From Phycisphaerae bacterium (GTDB lineage: Bacteria; Planctomycetota; Phycisphaerae; Sedimentisphaerales; UBA12454), in NCBI GenBank assembly GCA_041652575.1, contig JBAZHC010000014.1:7137-71136 (forward strand): 64,000 nt of DNA. Direction: 5' to 3'. This document shows positions 1 to 11,253 of this stretch, piece after piece; positions within the stretch are counted from its first letter, which is position 1; every line of letters begins with the position of its first letter. The position numbers and the translations under genes are program-made. Under the pieces are notes generated by a model that saw only the letters and a program-made list of their open reading frames with translations, made no database searches and was not told where the DNA came from.

Positions 1-1
1 C

Positions 2-1471
2 GTAAAAGAAGCCGCCAGCAAGACCAGCAAAATCGCAGGCGACGGCACTACAACAGCTACGGTTCTTACCGAAGCAATCTTCAAAGAGGCCTATCGCAAT
101 ATCACGGCAGGGGCCGATGCAATGTCAATTAACAGGGGTATTGGTCAGGCTGTCGAAGCCGCGACAAAAACGCTTGTCAAACTTGCCAAGCCGGTTGACG
201 TTGCCCGGAGAGACGATATCGAAAATATCGCGTCAATCTCGGCAAACAACGACCATGAAATCGGCAAGATTATGGCTGACGCATTTACAAAACTCGGCAA
301 AGACGGCGTTATCACCGTTGAGGAAGGCAAGAGCCTTGATACGACGCTCGAATTTGTCGAAGGTATGCAGTTCGACAGGGGTTATCTGTCTCCCAATTTT
401 GTAACGGATGCGGATAATATGACCTGCGAACTTGAGAAACCATATATACTGGTTTATGAAGACAAGATAAGCAGCGTACAGAAACTCGTACCTCTGCTCG
501 AAGCGGTGGCAAAGAGCAAAAAACCTCTGCTTATTATCGCTGAGGATATCGAAGGCGAAGCGCTGGCTACTCTCGTTGTCAACAAACTTCGCGGCGTTTT
601 GCAGGTTTCTGCTGTTAAGGCCCCCGGTTACGGCGACAGAAGAAAAGCCATGCTCGAGGACGTTGCGGTTCTCACAGGCGCCGAACCAATCTTCAAGGAC
701 CTCGGCATCGAACTTAACAATGTAAAGCTCACACAGCTCGGAAGAGCCAAAAAAGTTACCATTGATAACGATAATACGATTATCGTCGAAGGAGCCGGCT
801 CAAGAGAAGCCATCAGCGGAAGAATAAAAGCAATCCGCAGCGAGATTGACTCGACAACCAGCGATTACGACCGTGAGAAACTTCAGGAGCGTCTGGCGAA
901 ACTGACCGGCGGAGTGGCGCAGGTTAACGTTGGAGCCGCGACTGAATCCGAAATGAAGGAAAAGAAATCGCGAATCGAAGATGCGCTTCACGCCACAAGA
1001 GCGGCAATCGAAGAAGGTATCGTGCCCGGCGGCGGAGTCGCACTTATTCGCTGCATCGACACGGTTAAGAAACTTAAACTCAGCGGCGACGAAAAAACCG
1101 GCGCCGATATCATTGCACACGCCCTTAAGATGCCGTGTTTCTATATAGCTGAAAACGCAGGCGCTGTCGGTAATTTAGTTGTAAACAAGGTTTCCGAAGG
1201 CCAGGACGGATTCGGTTATAATGCCGATACGGATAAATACGAAGACCTTATCAAGGCCGGCGTTATCGACCCTGTAAAGGTAACGAGAATAGCGTTGCAG
1301 AACGCAGCTTCAGTTGCGGGATTATTACTCACCTGCGATTGTGTTGTTACTGAAAATCCGGATAATGCAAAAGCCGGTGCCGGAATGCCGCCGGGAGGTA
1401 TGGGCGGCGGAATGGGTGGCATGGGCATGGGAGGAATGGGCGGTATGGGTATGGATGGTATGGGAATGTAA
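2..1471 (+). CDS. groL: Chaperonin GroEL/Cpn60, paralog 1, 5'-truncated at window edge
   Basis: Frame is open from nt 2 ([22 protein letters not shown]...). Cpn60 sequence throughout ([20 protein letters not shown]). C-terminal Gly/Met repeat tail [20 protein letters not shown]. Confidence 0.95.
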   Translation, partial: VKEAASKTSKIAGDGTTTATVLTEAIFKEAYRNITAGADAMSINRGIGQAVEAATKTLVKLAKPVDVARRDDIENIASISANNDHEIGKIMADAFTKLGKDGVITVEEGKSLDTTLEFVEGMQFDRGYLSPNFVTDADNMTCELEKPYILVYEDKISSVQKLVPLLEAVAKSKKPLLIIAEDIEGEALATLVVNKLRGVLQVSAVKAPGYGDRRKAMLEDVAVLTGAEPIFKDLGIELNNVKLTQLGRAKKVTIDNDNTIIVEGAGSREAISGRIKAIRSEIDSTTSDYDREKLQERLAKLTGGVAQVNVGAATESEMKEKKSRIEDALHATRAAIEEGIVPGGGVALIRCIDTVKKLKLSGDEKTGADIIAHALKMPCFYIAENAGAVGNLVVNKVSEGQDGFGYNADTDKYEDLIKAGVIDPVKVTRIALQNAASVAGLLLTCDCVVTENPDNAKAGAGMPPGGMGGGMGGMGMGGMGGMGMDGMGM

Positions 1472-1524
1472 TTTAGTTGATAGTTAAAAGTTAATAGTGA
1501 CTAAAAAAATATGGAGATAAAAAA

Positions 1525-1815
1525 ATGAAACTTAGACCTTTGGATGACAGGATAGTAGTAAAGCCGGAACAGGCAGAAGAAAAAACAGCAGGCGGAATCG
1601 TTCTGCCGGACAACGCAAAAGAAAAACCCCTGATGGGCAAAGTTATAGCCGTAGGTCCCGGCAAACTTCTGGACAGCGGCAAACGCGCGGAAGTGGCTGT
1701 TAAGAAAAATGATACCGTGCTTTTCGGAAAATACGGCGGAAACGATATCAAGATTGACGGCGTCGAATACAAAATCCTGCACGAGAGCGATATTCTCGGC
1801 ATCGTGGAAAAATAA
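1525..1815 (+). CDS. groS: Co-chaperonin GroES/Cpn10
   Basis: 96 aa, MKLRPLDDRIVVKP...EKTAGGIVLPD...GKV is canonical Cpn10. GGAG-type RBS lies upstream. Confidence 0.95.
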   Translation: MKLRPLDDRIVVKPEQAEEKTAGGIVLPDNAKEKPLMGKVIAVGPGKLLDSGKRAEVAVKKNDTVLFGKYGGNDIKIDGVEYKILHESDILGIVEK

Positions 1816-1854
1816 TAATTTCCGCCGAAGGCGGCTAACGGAGGTAAATAAAAA

Positions 1855-3474
1855 ATGGCAAAACAAATGATGTTTGATGATGCGGCAAGGGCACAGTTGA
1901 AACAGGGACTTGCCAGTCTGGCAAAGGCGGTTAAGGTAACTCTCGGCCCGACAGGTAAAAACGTCCTGCTGCATAAAAGTTATGGCTCGCCGAAGATTAC
2001 CAAAGACGGCGTGTCCGTAAGCAAAGAAATAGAACTGCCCGAACCGTTTCAGAATATGGGCGCAAAAATGGTCAACCAGGCCGCAAGCAAGACAAGCGAT
2101 GTTGTCGGCGACGGCACCACAACCGCAACAGTTCTGGCTGAAGCGATTTATAACGAAGGGCTGAAAAATGTAACAGCCGGCGCAAATCCTATGGCTATCA
2201 AGCGCGGCATCGATAAAGCCGTACAGGTCGTCGTGGATTTTATCGCTTCGCAGAGCAAAAAAGTCAAAGGTCATGACGATATCGCCAAGGTCGCCTCGAT
2301 AAGCGCGAATAACAATAAGGAAGTCGGCGAAATTCTTGCAAAAGCAATGGACAAAGTCGGCAAAGAGGGCGTTATCGAAATCGAGGACGGCAAAGGGCTC
2401 GAAACAGAGCTTGATGTCGTCGAAGGTATGCAGTTCGACCGCGGCTTTATATCGCCTTACTTCATAACAAATACCTCAACGATGGAAGCTGTTTTGGAGG
2501 ATGCTTACATACTGCTGTATGAAAAGAAACTTTCGAGCATTGCGGAAATCGTCCCGCTTCTTGAAAAAATCGCGCAGGTCGGCGCTCAATTGCTGATAAT
2601 CGCCGAAGAAGTTGAAGGCGAAGCATTGGCAGCTTTGGTTATAAATAAACTTCAGGGCGTTTTGAAGGTTTGCGCGGTAAAGGCTCCGGGCTTTGGCGAC
2701 AGAAGGAAAGCTATGCTGGGCGATATCAGCGTTCTTACCGGCGGCCAGGTACTCACCGAAGACCTCGGCATAAAACTTGAGAAAGTCGAACTGACCCAGC
2801 TCGGCAACGCCAAGAAGATTGTTATCGCAAAGGAAAACACCACGATAATCGAAGGCGCAGGCACAAAGAAGGACATTACTGCACGCTGCGAGCAGATACG
2901 CAAACAGGCTGAAGCGACAACAAGCGATTACGACCGTGAGAAACTTCAGGAAAGACTTGCGAAACTGACCGGCGGCGTAGCGGTAATTAAAGCCGGTGCC
3001 CCGACCGAAGCCGAAATGAAGGAAAGAAAAGACCTTCTCGATGACGCACTGCACGCGACAAAAGCTGCTGCCCAGGAAGGCGTTATCCCTGGCGGCGGTA
3101 TTATTTATCTGCGGGCCATTGAAAAGGTTCGTCAGGCCGGAACAAAAGCATCGGGCGATGAAAAAATCGGATTCGATATTATCGCTAATGCCCTGAAATC
3201 GCCGACAAAACAAATAGTCGATAACGGCGATGACGACGGCGATGTGATTGTCGAAAAACTGCTCGAAAAGACCGGCAATACAGGCTATGATGCCAATACA
3301 GGCGGGTTTGTCGATATGGTCGAAGCAGGCATTATCGACCCGGCTAAAGTGGCAAGATGTGCTCTGCAGAATGCGGCTTCAGTTGCCGGTTTGATGCTGA
3401 CTACCAACGTGCTGATTACTGACCTGAAAGACGATGACAAGGATAAACCTCAAATAGAAGGTTCGGTAAGATAA
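1855..3474 (+). CDS. groL: Chaperonin GroEL/Cpn60, paralog 2 (no GGM tail)
   Basis: 539 aa full-length Cpn60 ([24 protein letters not shown]). Ends in the charged tail [17 protein letters not shown] instead of GGM repeats. Confidence 0.95.
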   Translation: MAKQMMFDDAARAQLKQGLASLAKAVKVTLGPTGKNVLLHKSYGSPKITKDGVSVSKEIELPEPFQNMGAKMVNQAASKTSDVVGDGTTTATVLAEAIYNEGLKNVTAGANPMAIKRGIDKAVQVVVDFIASQSKKVKGHDDIAKVASISANNNKEVGEILAKAMDKVGKEGVIEIEDGKGLETELDVVEGMQFDRGFISPYFITNTSTMEAVLEDAYILLYEKKLSSIAEIVPLLEKIAQVGAQLLIIAEEVEGEALAALVINKLQGVLKVCAVKAPGFGDRRKAMLGDISVLTGGQVLTEDLGIKLEKVELTQLGNAKKIVIAKENTTIIEGAGTKKDITARCEQIRKQAEATTSDYDREKLQERLAKLTGGVAVIKAGAPTEAEMKERKDLLDDALHATKAAAQEGVIPGGGIIYLRAIEKVRQAGTKASGDEKIGFDIIANALKSPTKQIVDNGDDDGDVIVEKLLEKTGNTGYDANTGGFVDMVEAGIIDPAKVARCALQNAASVAGLMLTTNVLITDLKDDDKDKPQIEGSVR

Positions 3475-3521
3475 TTGAAGATTTGACGAAAGCTTTAATC
3501 TTCAATTAACGATTTATAAAG

Positions 3522-4670
3522 ATGGCTAAAAGAGACTACTACGAAGTGTTAGGGATTGATAAAACCGCCGGCGCCGACGATATCAAACGTGCGTATCGCA
3601 GGCTGGCGATAAAATATCACCCTGATAAAAATCCCGGCGATAAAGACGCCGAGGCCAAGTTTAAGGAATGCGCCGAGGCTTACGAAGTTTTAAGCGACAC
3701 TGATAAACGGGCAAGATATGACCAGTACGGCCATGCCGGTCTTCAGGGTTCAGGCGTTCACGATTTTTCGAGAATGAATGTCGAGGATATTTTTGGTGCG
3801 CTTAATCTCGAAGATATTTTCGGCGATTTATTCGGCGGCGGCAGAAGCGGCAGGAGCCGAAGAACTGCTGCGGCAAGAGGGCCGCACAGAGGCTATGACC
3901 TTGAAACCGTTGTAGAACTTACGCTAAATGATGTCGCAAGCGGCGTCGAGAAAAGCATCGAGTTTACACGGCAGGATAATTGCGAAGAGTGCGACGGCTC
4001 CGGTTCTGCCAAAGGCAGCAGTCCTTCGAAATGTTCGGTCTGCGGCGGTACAGGACAGGTCGCTCAGGCCGGTCTTGGCGGTTTCTTCCAGATGGTTTCA
4101 ACCTGCCCCAAGTGCAAGGGAAACGGTACGATGATTACCAATCCCTGCAAAAAATGCAGGGGCGGCGGAAAAATACCCAAAAAACGACTTGTTATGGTTA
4201 AGATTCCCGCAGGCGTTCACGAAGGTCAGAGCGTAAGGGTTGCAGGTGAAGGCGAACCCGGCTTCAACGGCGGACCTCGCGGCGATTTATATTGCTATGT
4301 AAGGTTAAAAGAGCACCCGTTTTTGCAGCGGGACGGAATCGACCTTATTTCCATTGTGCCGATAAGCTTCACGCAGGCCGCTCTTGGCGGAATAGTGGAA
4401 GTGCCGAGCCTTAACGGAACAAAAGAATTGAAAATCCCGCCTGGCTCTCAGGGCGGCGATATATTCAGAATCAGAGGCCAGGGACTGCCGGATATAAGAA
4501 CAAGACGCAGCGGCGATGAACTCGTTCAGATAATCGTCGAAATACCAAAAAAACTGAACAGCTCGCAGGAAGAACTGCTAAGAAAATTCGCAGAGACGGA
4601 AGATAAAACCGTAATGCCGAAATCGAAGGGTTTCTTCGAAAAACTCAAACAGCATTTCAATAATAAGTAA
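3522..4670 (+). CDS. dnaJ: Chaperone DnaJ (Hsp40, type I)
   Basis: J-domain with HPD (YHPDKN), a Gly-rich linker, and four CxxCxGxG zinc motifs ([32 protein letters not shown]). Confidence 0.95.
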   Translation: MAKRDYYEVLGIDKTAGADDIKRAYRRLAIKYHPDKNPGDKDAEAKFKECAEAYEVLSDTDKRARYDQYGHAGLQGSGVHDFSRMNVEDIFGALNLEDIFGDLFGGGRSGRSRRTAAARGPHRGYDLETVVELTLNDVASGVEKSIEFTRQDNCEECDGSGSAKGSSPSKCSVCGGTGQVAQAGLGGFFQMVSTCPKCKGNGTMITNPCKKCRGGGKIPKKRLVMVKIPAGVHEGQSVRVAGEGEPGFNGGPRGDLYCYVRLKEHPFLQRDGIDLISIVPISFTQAALGGIVEVPSLNGTKELKIPPGSQGGDIFRIRGQGLPDIRTRRSGDELVQIIVEIPKKLNSSQEELLRKFAETEDKTVMPKSKGFFEKLKQHFNNK

Positions 4671-4675
4671 AAATT

Positions 4676-5305
4676 ATGAGTGAAGATACGCCAAAAGAAC
4701 CTGTTGAACAGCAAAATCAAGAGCAGGAAAAGCATCCTGCCGATAGTGCCGAACATAAAGGTCACAAAAAGGACAAACATCATCTCCATGAGCAGATAGA
4801 CAAACTGCAGGCGGAGAAGGATGAGATTTTTGCGCGTCTTCAGCGGCTCAGCGCCGATTATCTGAACTATCAGAAACGCTCGGCAAGACAAATTGCCGAA
4901 TCGATAGGCTACGAAAAAGAAATGATAATAAAATCCCTGCTGCCGGTGCTTGATAATCTTGACCATACACTGGCCAATACGGAAAAACTTCAGGATAGCG
5001 CCGATTTACTTAAAGGCGTGAAAATCGTTTACGACCAGTTTCTTGCGATACTGAAAGCTCACGGTATCGAACAGATAAATGCGGTCGGAGAAAAATTCGA
5101 CCCGGTGTGCCATCAGGCCCTTACGCAGAGAACGGAGCCGGACAAGGAAGATGCGATTGTTCTCGAAGAATTCAGAAAAGGCTACAGGCTGGCTGATAAA
5201 ATTATTCGTCCCGCAGTTGTGATAGTAAACAAAAATCCATCTCCCGACCAGCCCCAAACGCAAGAGCCGCCAGTTGATGATGCGGGCAATGAAAACGGAG
5301 ATTGA
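4676..5305 (+). CDS. grpE: Nucleotide exchange factor GrpE
   Basis: 209 aa with the typical GrpE core (RLQRLSADYLNYQKR...FDPVCHQAL). Starts 6 nt after dnaJ. Confidence 0.9.
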   Translation: MSEDTPKEPVEQQNQEQEKHPADSAEHKGHKKDKHHLHEQIDKLQAEKDEIFARLQRLSADYLNYQKRSARQIAESIGYEKEMIIKSLLPVLDNLDHTLANTEKLQDSADLLKGVKIVYDQFLAILKAHGIEQINAVGEKFDPVCHQALTQRTEPDKEDAIVLEEFRKGYRLADKIIRPAVVIVNKNPSPDQPQTQEPPVDDAGNENGD

Positions 5306-5308
5306 GCT

Positions 5309-5632
5309 GTGCCGACCTACGAATACCAGTGTGAAAAATGCGGCCACAAGCTTGAAAAATTTCAGTCGATGACCGCTCCTGTTTTGCGAAAATGCCCCAA
5401 ATGCGGCAAATCATCGCTGAAAAGGCTCATAGGCGCAGGTGCCGGTGTGATTTTCAAAGGCTCAGGATTCTATCAGACCGATTACCCAAGCGATTCTTAC
5501 AAACAATCTGTTAAAAAAGAATCCGACTCCGGAAGTAAAAAAGAGGAAAAAAAGGATTCAAAACCGGAAGTGAAAACTCCGCCTTCTCCTGAAAAATCAA
5601 CCCCAAAGAAAAAAGACAAAAAACCCGCCTGA
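5309..5632 (+). CDS. FmdB-family zinc-ribbon protein with Lys/Ser/Pro-rich tail
   Basis: GTG start. MPTYEYQCEKCGH...CPKCG...GSGFY is the FmdB/CxxC_CxxC_SSSS ribbon pattern. Starts 4 nt after grpE. Confidence 0.75.
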   Translation: MPTYEYQCEKCGHKLEKFQSMTAPVLRKCPKCGKSSLKRLIGAGAGVIFKGSGFYQTDYPSDSYKQSVKKESDSGSKKEEKKDSKPEVKTPPSPEKSTPKKKDKKPA

Positions 5633-5663
5633 TTGTTTTATGCCTGAAAGGGCACAGAGGCTG

Positions 5664-6686
5664 TTATTTTCCTATAACTAATATTGTCAAAGTTGCCTTG
5701 CCCGATGAGCTGTCGGATTTTGGCTGCTCAGCTTTTTCAGTGGAAGTAAGCACAGGTTTATCCGGCACTAAAAGGTCTGAATCGGCATCCTGCTGAGCAA
5801 AATATTTCTGTAAAACATCCGGCGCCATAACGTTGTTTATCATGGCCATATCGTTTGCCATGCGTATTCTCTGGTTGTAATTGTCGGCTTTGCAGATTTC
5901 CATGGTCTGCTGAGCGGTTATATTTTTTACGGTAATATATTTTCCCGCCTGTTCGGTGCCTATTTCAAATTTGGTCTCGGTACATTTGGGCCAGATAAAA
6001 CTTAATTCCTGGGCCAGGTTCGCAAGCGAATCCATACTGCAGTTCAAAACATATCTTACGGAATCTGTCTTTCTGTCAACCGCCGTAGTTTTTTCGAAAA
6101 GTCCGGTATTCATCAGTGCCTTACCGATAAGCCAGTCGGTTTCGACAGGGCTGTCTGTAAAAAGCGTAAGCTTTGCGACCATAGGAATAGTCGATGTTTT
6201 CGGCAGCGGCACAGGAACGGCCTCATCCTGCGGCGATTTCACATCGGGAAACGGTCTTTCATACAGTACCTGCGGCTTTTGTTTTCTGCCCATGGCGCTG
6301 CTGACAAGTTTATCTCTGCTGGACTTTGGCACGAAGATATCGAATACGATAACAGAAAGCACCGCCATAAGCACAATTATCGCTGCGGCGGTTACGAATC
6401 GTCTTAAAATCAGGTGACGCAGGCCTGCTTTATGGTGATACACGCCTGTGTCGGCAAGCAGTGCCTCTCTTTCGAGGCGTCGGGAGACGCTTTCGCTAAA
6501 CCCTTCCGGTGCTGCCGCCGGAAGCATAGAACCCATCAGTTTTTTATAACGATTCAGCGAGTCGAAAAGCTGACGGGCCTTGGGGTCATTGTCAATGAGC
6601 CGTCTGACCTCGTTGCTCTTCCGCTCGTCGAGTTCGCCGTCGATATAACTGTTAAGAAGTTCTTCGACTAATTCAATATCTTTCAT
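5664..6686 (-). CDS. Putative anti-sigma factor (single-pass membrane protein)
   Basis: N-terminus resembles anti-sigma domains (LLNSYIDGELDERKSNEVRRLI). One TM (FVTAAAIIVLMAVLSVIVFDIF). 4-nt overlap with the upstream ECF sigma gene. C-terminal domain unrecognised. Confidence 0.6.
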   Translation of the reverse strand: MKDIELVEELLNSYIDGELDERKSNEVRRLIDNDPKARQLFDSLNRYKKLMGSMLPAAAPEGFSESVSRRLEREALLADTGVYHHKAGLRHLILRRFVTAAAIIVLMAVLSVIVFDIFVPKSSRDKLVSSAMGRKQKPQVLYERPFPDVKSPQDEAVPVPLPKTSTIPMVAKLTLFTDSPVETDWLIGKALMNTGLFEKTTAVDRKTDSVRYVLNCSMDSLANLAQELSFIWPKCTETKFEIGTEQAGKYITVKNITAQQTMEICKADNYNQRIRMANDMAMINNVMAPDVLQKYFAQQDADSDLLVPDKPVLTSTEKAEQPKSDSSSGKATLTILVIGK

Positions 6687-7306
6687 TGTACTGCCGCCTC
6701 GAGAATTTCCCTGAGGTTTTTTCTGCCTCTGGCAATTCTGCTTTTTACTGTTCCAATTTCTATTTCCAGTGTTTCGGCAATTTCATTATAACTCATCTGT
6801 TCGATATCCCGCAGCACAACCACGGCTCTCTGCTGCGGCTCAAGTTTTTCAAGAGCCTTTAAAATCAGGCCGCTCACTTCTTTTTTCGACGCCAGTTCCG
6901 AAGGTTCCACGGTTTTTTTATCCAGCAGATAATCCTTCATCTGCCGGTTGCTGTCTTCATCTGTTTCATTGCTAAGCGACTGAAAACTCACTCTTGAGTT
7001 TTTTTTGCAGAAGTTCAGCGTCAAATTTACCGCTATCCTGAAGAGCCAGGTGTAAAAACTGCTTTCACCCTTGAAATCCTTCAGGCCACCGATAGCCTTT
7101 ACGAAAGTATCCTGTGCAAGCTCCGCGGCATCGGCGTCATTTCCGCACATCTTCAATATGGTGTTGTAAATCCTGTCCTGATACTTAAGTATCAGTTTCT
7201 CGACAGAAGCCATATTTCCGGCCCTGGCCTGAGAAACAAGAGATGCCTCATCAATGCTTATATTGCCGCCGGTAACCTTTAGTTGTTCCTGTATAAATTT
7301 GACCAT
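6683..7306 (-). CDS. ECF-type RNA polymerase sigma-70 family factor
   Basis: Region 2 (DAAELAQDTFVKAI...FYTWLFRIAVN) and region 4 HTH (MSYNEIAETLEIEIGTVKSRIARGRKNL). Confidence 0.85.
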   Translation of the reverse strand: MVKFIQEQLKVTGGNISIDEASLVSQARAGNMASVEKLILKYQDRIYNTILKMCGNDADAAELAQDTFVKAIGGLKDFKGESSFYTWLFRIAVNLTLNFCKKNSRVSFQSLSNETDEDSNRQMKDYLLDKKTVEPSELASKKEVSGLILKALEKLEPQQRAVVVLRDIEQMSYNEIAETLEIEIGTVKSRIARGRKNLREILEAAVQ

Positions 7307-7450
7307 CGCAGACCCGAAAAGTTCCTTCTTTTTATAAAAATAATGCAGAAATTTCGCTAACTATAATGACATAATAAGGTTACATATGCAAGTATGTTAT
7401 TAGAACGGTTACGAGAAAAAGACACAGGTTGCCCTGTATTGTGCAAGTAC

Positions 7451-8725
7451 TTACGCCGATTCCTTTCTCGCCGTTTTTGCAGAGTCGAACAGGTCGGCTT
7501 TGCCGTCAACAACATCCTTTGTAACAACGTATTTTCCCGGCTTTGGTTCTTCCGGCAGCCGGTACATCAGGTCTATCATCAGCTCCTCTGTCAATGCTCT
7601 CAGCGCCCTTGCGCCGGTATCACGTTTCATTGCTTTGCGGGCCATCATCCGTAAAGCGTCGTCTGTAAACTCAAGTTCAGCCTGTTCGAGTTTAAAAAAT
7701 TCCTTGTACTGTTTTATGAGGGCGTTTTTAGGCTTTGTCAGAATATCGACAAGCGCAGCCTCATTGAGCGATTCGAGAGCGGTAATTACCGGCACTCTGC
7801 CTACGAACTCGGGAATCATTCCGTACTCGATAATATCTTCCGGCACGACCTGTTCGAGTATATTGGAGTATTCGGCCCTGGAGTCCTGTGTCTTTTGTTT
7901 TTCGGAACCAAAGCCTATCATTTTTCTGCCGAGCCGTTTTTTGATAATATTTTCCAGTCCTGTAAACGTTCCGCCGCATATAAAAAGAATGTGTGTCGTA
8001 TCAAGCTGGATATATTGCTGTTCGGGATGCTTTCTGCCGCCCTGGGGCGGAATATTTGCGATGGTGCCTTCGAGCATCTTTAAAAGGGCCTGCTGAACGC
8101 CTTCGCCCGATACGTCGCGGGTGATGGAAACATTCTGGCTGGTCTTTCCGATTTTGTCTATTTCGTCGATATAAACTATGCCGCGCTGAGCGGATTCGAG
8201 GTCGTAATCGGCGCTCTGCAGCAGTCTCAGCAGAAAATTCTCCACGTCCTCGCCGACATATCCGGCTTCGGTAACCGTTGTAGCGTCGCAGATTGCGAAG
8301 GGCACATTAAGCTCTCTTGCCAGAGTCTTTGCAAGCAGGGTCTTTCCCGAACCTGTCGGACCGACCAGCAGGACATTCGATTTGTCGATTTCGACTTCGT
8401 TTGATTCTCTGTCGGTATGAACGAGCCTTTTGTAATGGTTATGGACGGCGACGGATAGAATTTTTTTCGTTTTTTCCTGACCGATGACATACTGGTCGAG
8501 AAATTCTTTTATCTGCCTTGGTTTCGGCACCTCTTCGAGCAGAAAACCGGACGGCCTCAGACGCCTTTTTTCCTGCCTGACGATGTTATAACAAAGCTCA
8601 ACGCATTCCGGGCATATATAGACGCCGCCGGGTCCTTCCACGAAGGCGTCAACCTGTTTTTTGCTTCTGCCGCAAAAACTGCACGTTTCCTTGTTTTTTG
8701 GAGTATCTGTTCCTTTTGCCATCAA
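7451..8725 (-). CDS. clpX: ATP-dependent Clp protease ATP-binding subunit ClpX
   Basis: N-terminal zinc ribbon (CSFCGR...CPEC), Walker A GPTGSGKT, and full-length ClpX-like sequence. Confidence 0.95.
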   Translation of the reverse strand: MMAKGTDTPKNKETCSFCGRSKKQVDAFVEGPGGVYICPECVELCYNIVRQEKRRLRPSGFLLEEVPKPRQIKEFLDQYVIGQEKTKKILSVAVHNHYKRLVHTDRESNEVEIDKSNVLLVGPTGSGKTLLAKTLARELNVPFAICDATTVTEAGYVGEDVENFLLRLLQSADYDLESAQRGIVYIDEIDKIGKTSQNVSITRDVSGEGVQQALLKMLEGTIANIPPQGGRKHPEQQYIQLDTTHILFICGGTFTGLENIIKKRLGRKMIGFGSEKQKTQDSRAEYSNILEQVVPEDIIEYGMIPEFVGRVPVITALESLNEAALVDILTKPKNALIKQYKEFFKLEQAELEFTDDALRMMARKAMKRDTGARALRALTEELMIDLMYRLPEEPKPGKYVVTKDVVDGKADLFDSAKTARKESA

Positions 8726-8856
8726 ATCACCATACTTTCTATAAACTGCCTTATTTTAGCAGATTAACAGGTATTATACAAGCATAGACAGGAAAATGGA
8801 ATTTTGTATTTTGCCGATTTGGCTCATAGAACTGGCGATTCATCCGAACAAAATCC

Positions 8857-9402
8857 CTATACCAATTCATAGCCTGCGTGGAAGGCGCTTTCGTTGATGT
8901 AATACAGCCCCTTTTTGCCCTTGTAAAACGCACGTTTCATCCCGTTTACAACCGAGGCCGGCTCGAGAATGTGGGTCTTTTTTATCATCGCTCCGAGCAA
9001 TATAATGTTGGCCACCTTGATATTGCCCATTCTTATCGCGAAATTGGTCGCGTCAACGCCGACAATCTCATGGCTGGTTTTCGCAACCTTGCCCATATCA
9101 ATCAGCGATGAATTTACAATCACCGGCGAGCCCGGCTGGATAGTATCTATATATTTTATGAACGATGGGGCGTTCATAATTATCGCGAGATTAGGATTTT
9201 CGATAATGGGCGAATCAATCTCATGGTCTGAAATGGAGATAAGAGCTTTGGCCGTTCCGCCGCGAACTTCGGCGCCGTAAGAAGCCATCGCGCAGACATT
9301 TTTGCCGGCATCGATACAGGCGTAAGCAAGTACATTACCGACCAGAATAACACCCTGACCGCCAAATCCCGCTATTAACATATTAATTTCGGTATTTGCC
9401 AT
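8857..9402 (-). CDS. 2-oxoacid:ferredoxin oxidoreductase, gamma subunit
   Basis: 181 aa, GFGGQGVILVGNVLA motif. Last gene of the delta-alpha-beta-gamma operon. Confidence 0.85.
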   Translation of the reverse strand: MANTEINMLIAGFGGQGVILVGNVLAYACIDAGKNVCAMASYGAEVRGGTAKALISISDHEIDSPIIENPNLAIIMNAPSFIKYIDTIQPGSPVIVNSSLIDMGKVAKTSHEIVGVDATNFAIRMGNIKVANIILLGAMIKKTHILEPASVVNGMKRAFYKGKKGLYYINESAFHAGYELV

Positions 9403-9403
9403 G

Positions 9404-10141
9404 CTATTCCACGTTCTTATAAACTCCCAGCGGGAAGTAGTTGATCATTTGCTCTTCGATAAACTGGATGGCCTCGACCGGCGAAACTTTCCAGCCGACA
9501 GGGCACATCGAAAGTATTTCGACCATTGAAAAACCTATGCCGTTGAGCTGGTTCTGAAATACTTTTCTTATCGCGGCCTTTGTCTTGTTTATATTTCTAA
9601 CGGAATTTATGCTTGTTCGTTCGAGATACTTGGTCTCTTCGAGCGTCGCGAGCAGTTCGCATACTCTTATCGGTTTGCCCATTCCCTTAATCGTTCTGCC
9701 GGAAGGGCTGGTAGTGGTTTTTTGCCCGATGAGCGTCGTCGGCGCCATTTGTCCGCCTGTCATTCCATAGGTGGCGTTATTAACGAATATAACCGACATA
9801 TTTTCGCCGCGGTTGGCCGCGTGTATTATCTCTGCCATGCCGATAGCGGCCAAATCGCCGTCTCCCTGATAAATCAGAACGAATTTATCGGGATGCACAC
9901 GTTTTATAGCTGTTCCGACGGCAGGGGCTCTGCCGTGCGCACATTCTACAACATCGCAGAAAATATAATCGTACAGCACAACCGCGCAGCCGACAGGGGC
10001 GGTGAGAATCATCTTTTCTCTTATGCCGAGTTCGTCGATAGCTTCGCCGATGAGCCGAAGTATAATTCCGTGTCCGCATCCGGGGCAGTACTTGGTGGAC
10101 TCCGTCGTAATCGATTTTGGCTGTGCTTTTATTATATTCAT
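9404..10141 (-). CDS. 2-oxoacid:ferredoxin oxidoreductase, beta (TPP-binding) subunit
   Basis: CPGCGHG near the N-terminus and the TPP motif GDGD...NN (YQGDGDLAAIG...FVNNATYGMTGGQ). Confidence 0.9.
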   Translation of the reverse strand: MNIIKAQPKSITTESTKYCPGCGHGIILRLIGEAIDELGIREKMILTAPVGCAVVLYDYIFCDVVECAHGRAPAVGTAIKRVHPDKFVLIYQGDGDLAAIGMAEIIHAANRGENMSVIFVNNATYGMTGGQMAPTTLIGQKTTTSPSGRTIKGMGKPIRVCELLATLEETKYLERTSINSVRNINKTKAAIRKVFQNQLNGIGFSMVEILSMCPVGWKVSPVEAIQFIEEQMINYFPLGVYKNVE

Positions 10142-11247
10142 AATTTTTTGGCTATCTCGCTGATTTCTGCGTAAACTCCGTCAGGCGTTGGATTCCATCC
10201 GCCGCCCATGCCGTAAAACAGGATGTCCTTTTTCGTCACGACATCCATAAGCGTAAGCAGCACATCTTCGAGCATCTGGCCCATACTCATTTCGATAACG
10301 AGGAATTTAACGCCTTTATTTTTCTGTGCGACCTCAACAAGCTCCGCTTCCGGCCACGGCCAAAGTGTTTTCGGCCTGAACAATCCGATTTTCAAACCGT
10401 TATCGTTATGTTTTTTTATGGCGGATTTAGCGATTCGGCTGGTAGCTCCGTAAGCTATAACGATAATGTCGGCGTTGTCGCAATTATATGTTTCGCACCA
10501 GCGGAGTTCGGATTTGATTTTGTTATACTTTTTTTCCAGATTTCTATTGTGCATTTCCAGACCGTTCGGCGGATTGAGATACAGCGTCCTGACGACATTC
10601 GGCTTTCTGCCCGCGCAGCCGGTAAGTGCCCAGTTTTTAGTCGGCAGTTTGTCGAACATCGGCTTATAAGGATGCATATCGAACGGTTCGACGAGCTGAC
10701 CGATAATGCCGTCGCTCTGTATGAATACCGGCATCCTGTAATAGTCGGCAAGATCGAATGCGTTCATTGTCATATCGTAACATTCCTGCAGGCAATTCGG
10801 CGCCAGCACGATACATCGATAATCGCCGTGTCCGCCGCCGCGGGTGGATTGGAAATAATCGGCCTGCGACGCTTCGATATTGCCCAGGCCCGGCCCGCCG
10901 CGAACAACGTTTACGATTACGCAGGGCAGTTCGGCTCCTGCGATATAACTTATGCCTTCCTGTTTGAGACTGATTCCCGGCGACGAGGATGAAGTCATAA
11001 CTCTTGCCCCGGCGGCAGAGGCGCCGAAGACCATATTTATCGCCGCGACTTCGCTTTCGGCCTGGAGAAAGATTAGATTTTCCTCTTCCATTCTTCTCGA
11101 GAGATATTCCGGCGTTTCGGTCTGTGGAGTGATTGGGTACGCGAAATAGCAGAGGCAGCCAGCTTTGATTGCGGCTTCGCCTACGGCCTCATTGCCTTTC
11201 ATCAATACTCGTTTGGTTTCCAACCCTGTATTTTTATCTTCAGCCAT
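10138..11247 (-). CDS. 2-oxoacid:ferredoxin oxidoreductase, alpha subunit
   Basis: 369 aa, GNEAVGEAAIKAGC...YPITPQTE is the typical POR/KOR alpha N-terminus. 4-nt overlap with the beta subunit gene. Confidence 0.9.
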   Translation of the reverse strand: MAEDKNTGLETKRVLMKGNEAVGEAAIKAGCLCYFAYPITPQTETPEYLSRRMEEENLIFLQAESEVAAINMVFGASAAGARVMTSSSSPGISLKQEGISYIAGAELPCVIVNVVRGGPGLGNIEASQADYFQSTRGGGHGDYRCIVLAPNCLQECYDMTMNAFDLADYYRMPVFIQSDGIIGQLVEPFDMHPYKPMFDKLPTKNWALTGCAGRKPNVVRTLYLNPPNGLEMHNRNLEKKYNKIKSELRWCETYNCDNADIIVIAYGATSRIAKSAIKKHNDNGLKIGLFRPKTLWPWPEAELVEVAQKNKGVKFLVIEMSMGQMLEDVLLTLMDVVTKKDILFYGMGGGWNPTPDGVYAEISEIAKKL

Positions 11248-11253
11248 TTCAGC

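Noticed and set aside
1472-1524. CIRCE/HrcA operator upstream of groES, and also upstream of dnaJ at 3475-3521.
   Set aside because: No TTAGCACTC-N9-GAGTGCTAA-like inverted repeat is visible in either spacer. The regulatory region may lie upstream of the window.
1501-2274. 257-aa minus-strand ORF, plus similar long antisense ORFs at 2476-3213, 800-1120, 24985-25470, 48072-48647, 28917-29777 and 40520-40966.
   Set aside because: Each lies entirely antisense to a strongly recognisable conserved gene (groES/groEL, GT9, galE, ileS, polA). Their translations are low-complexity or Cys/Arg/Phe-rich with no motifs. They are shadow ORFs typical of mid-GC DNA.
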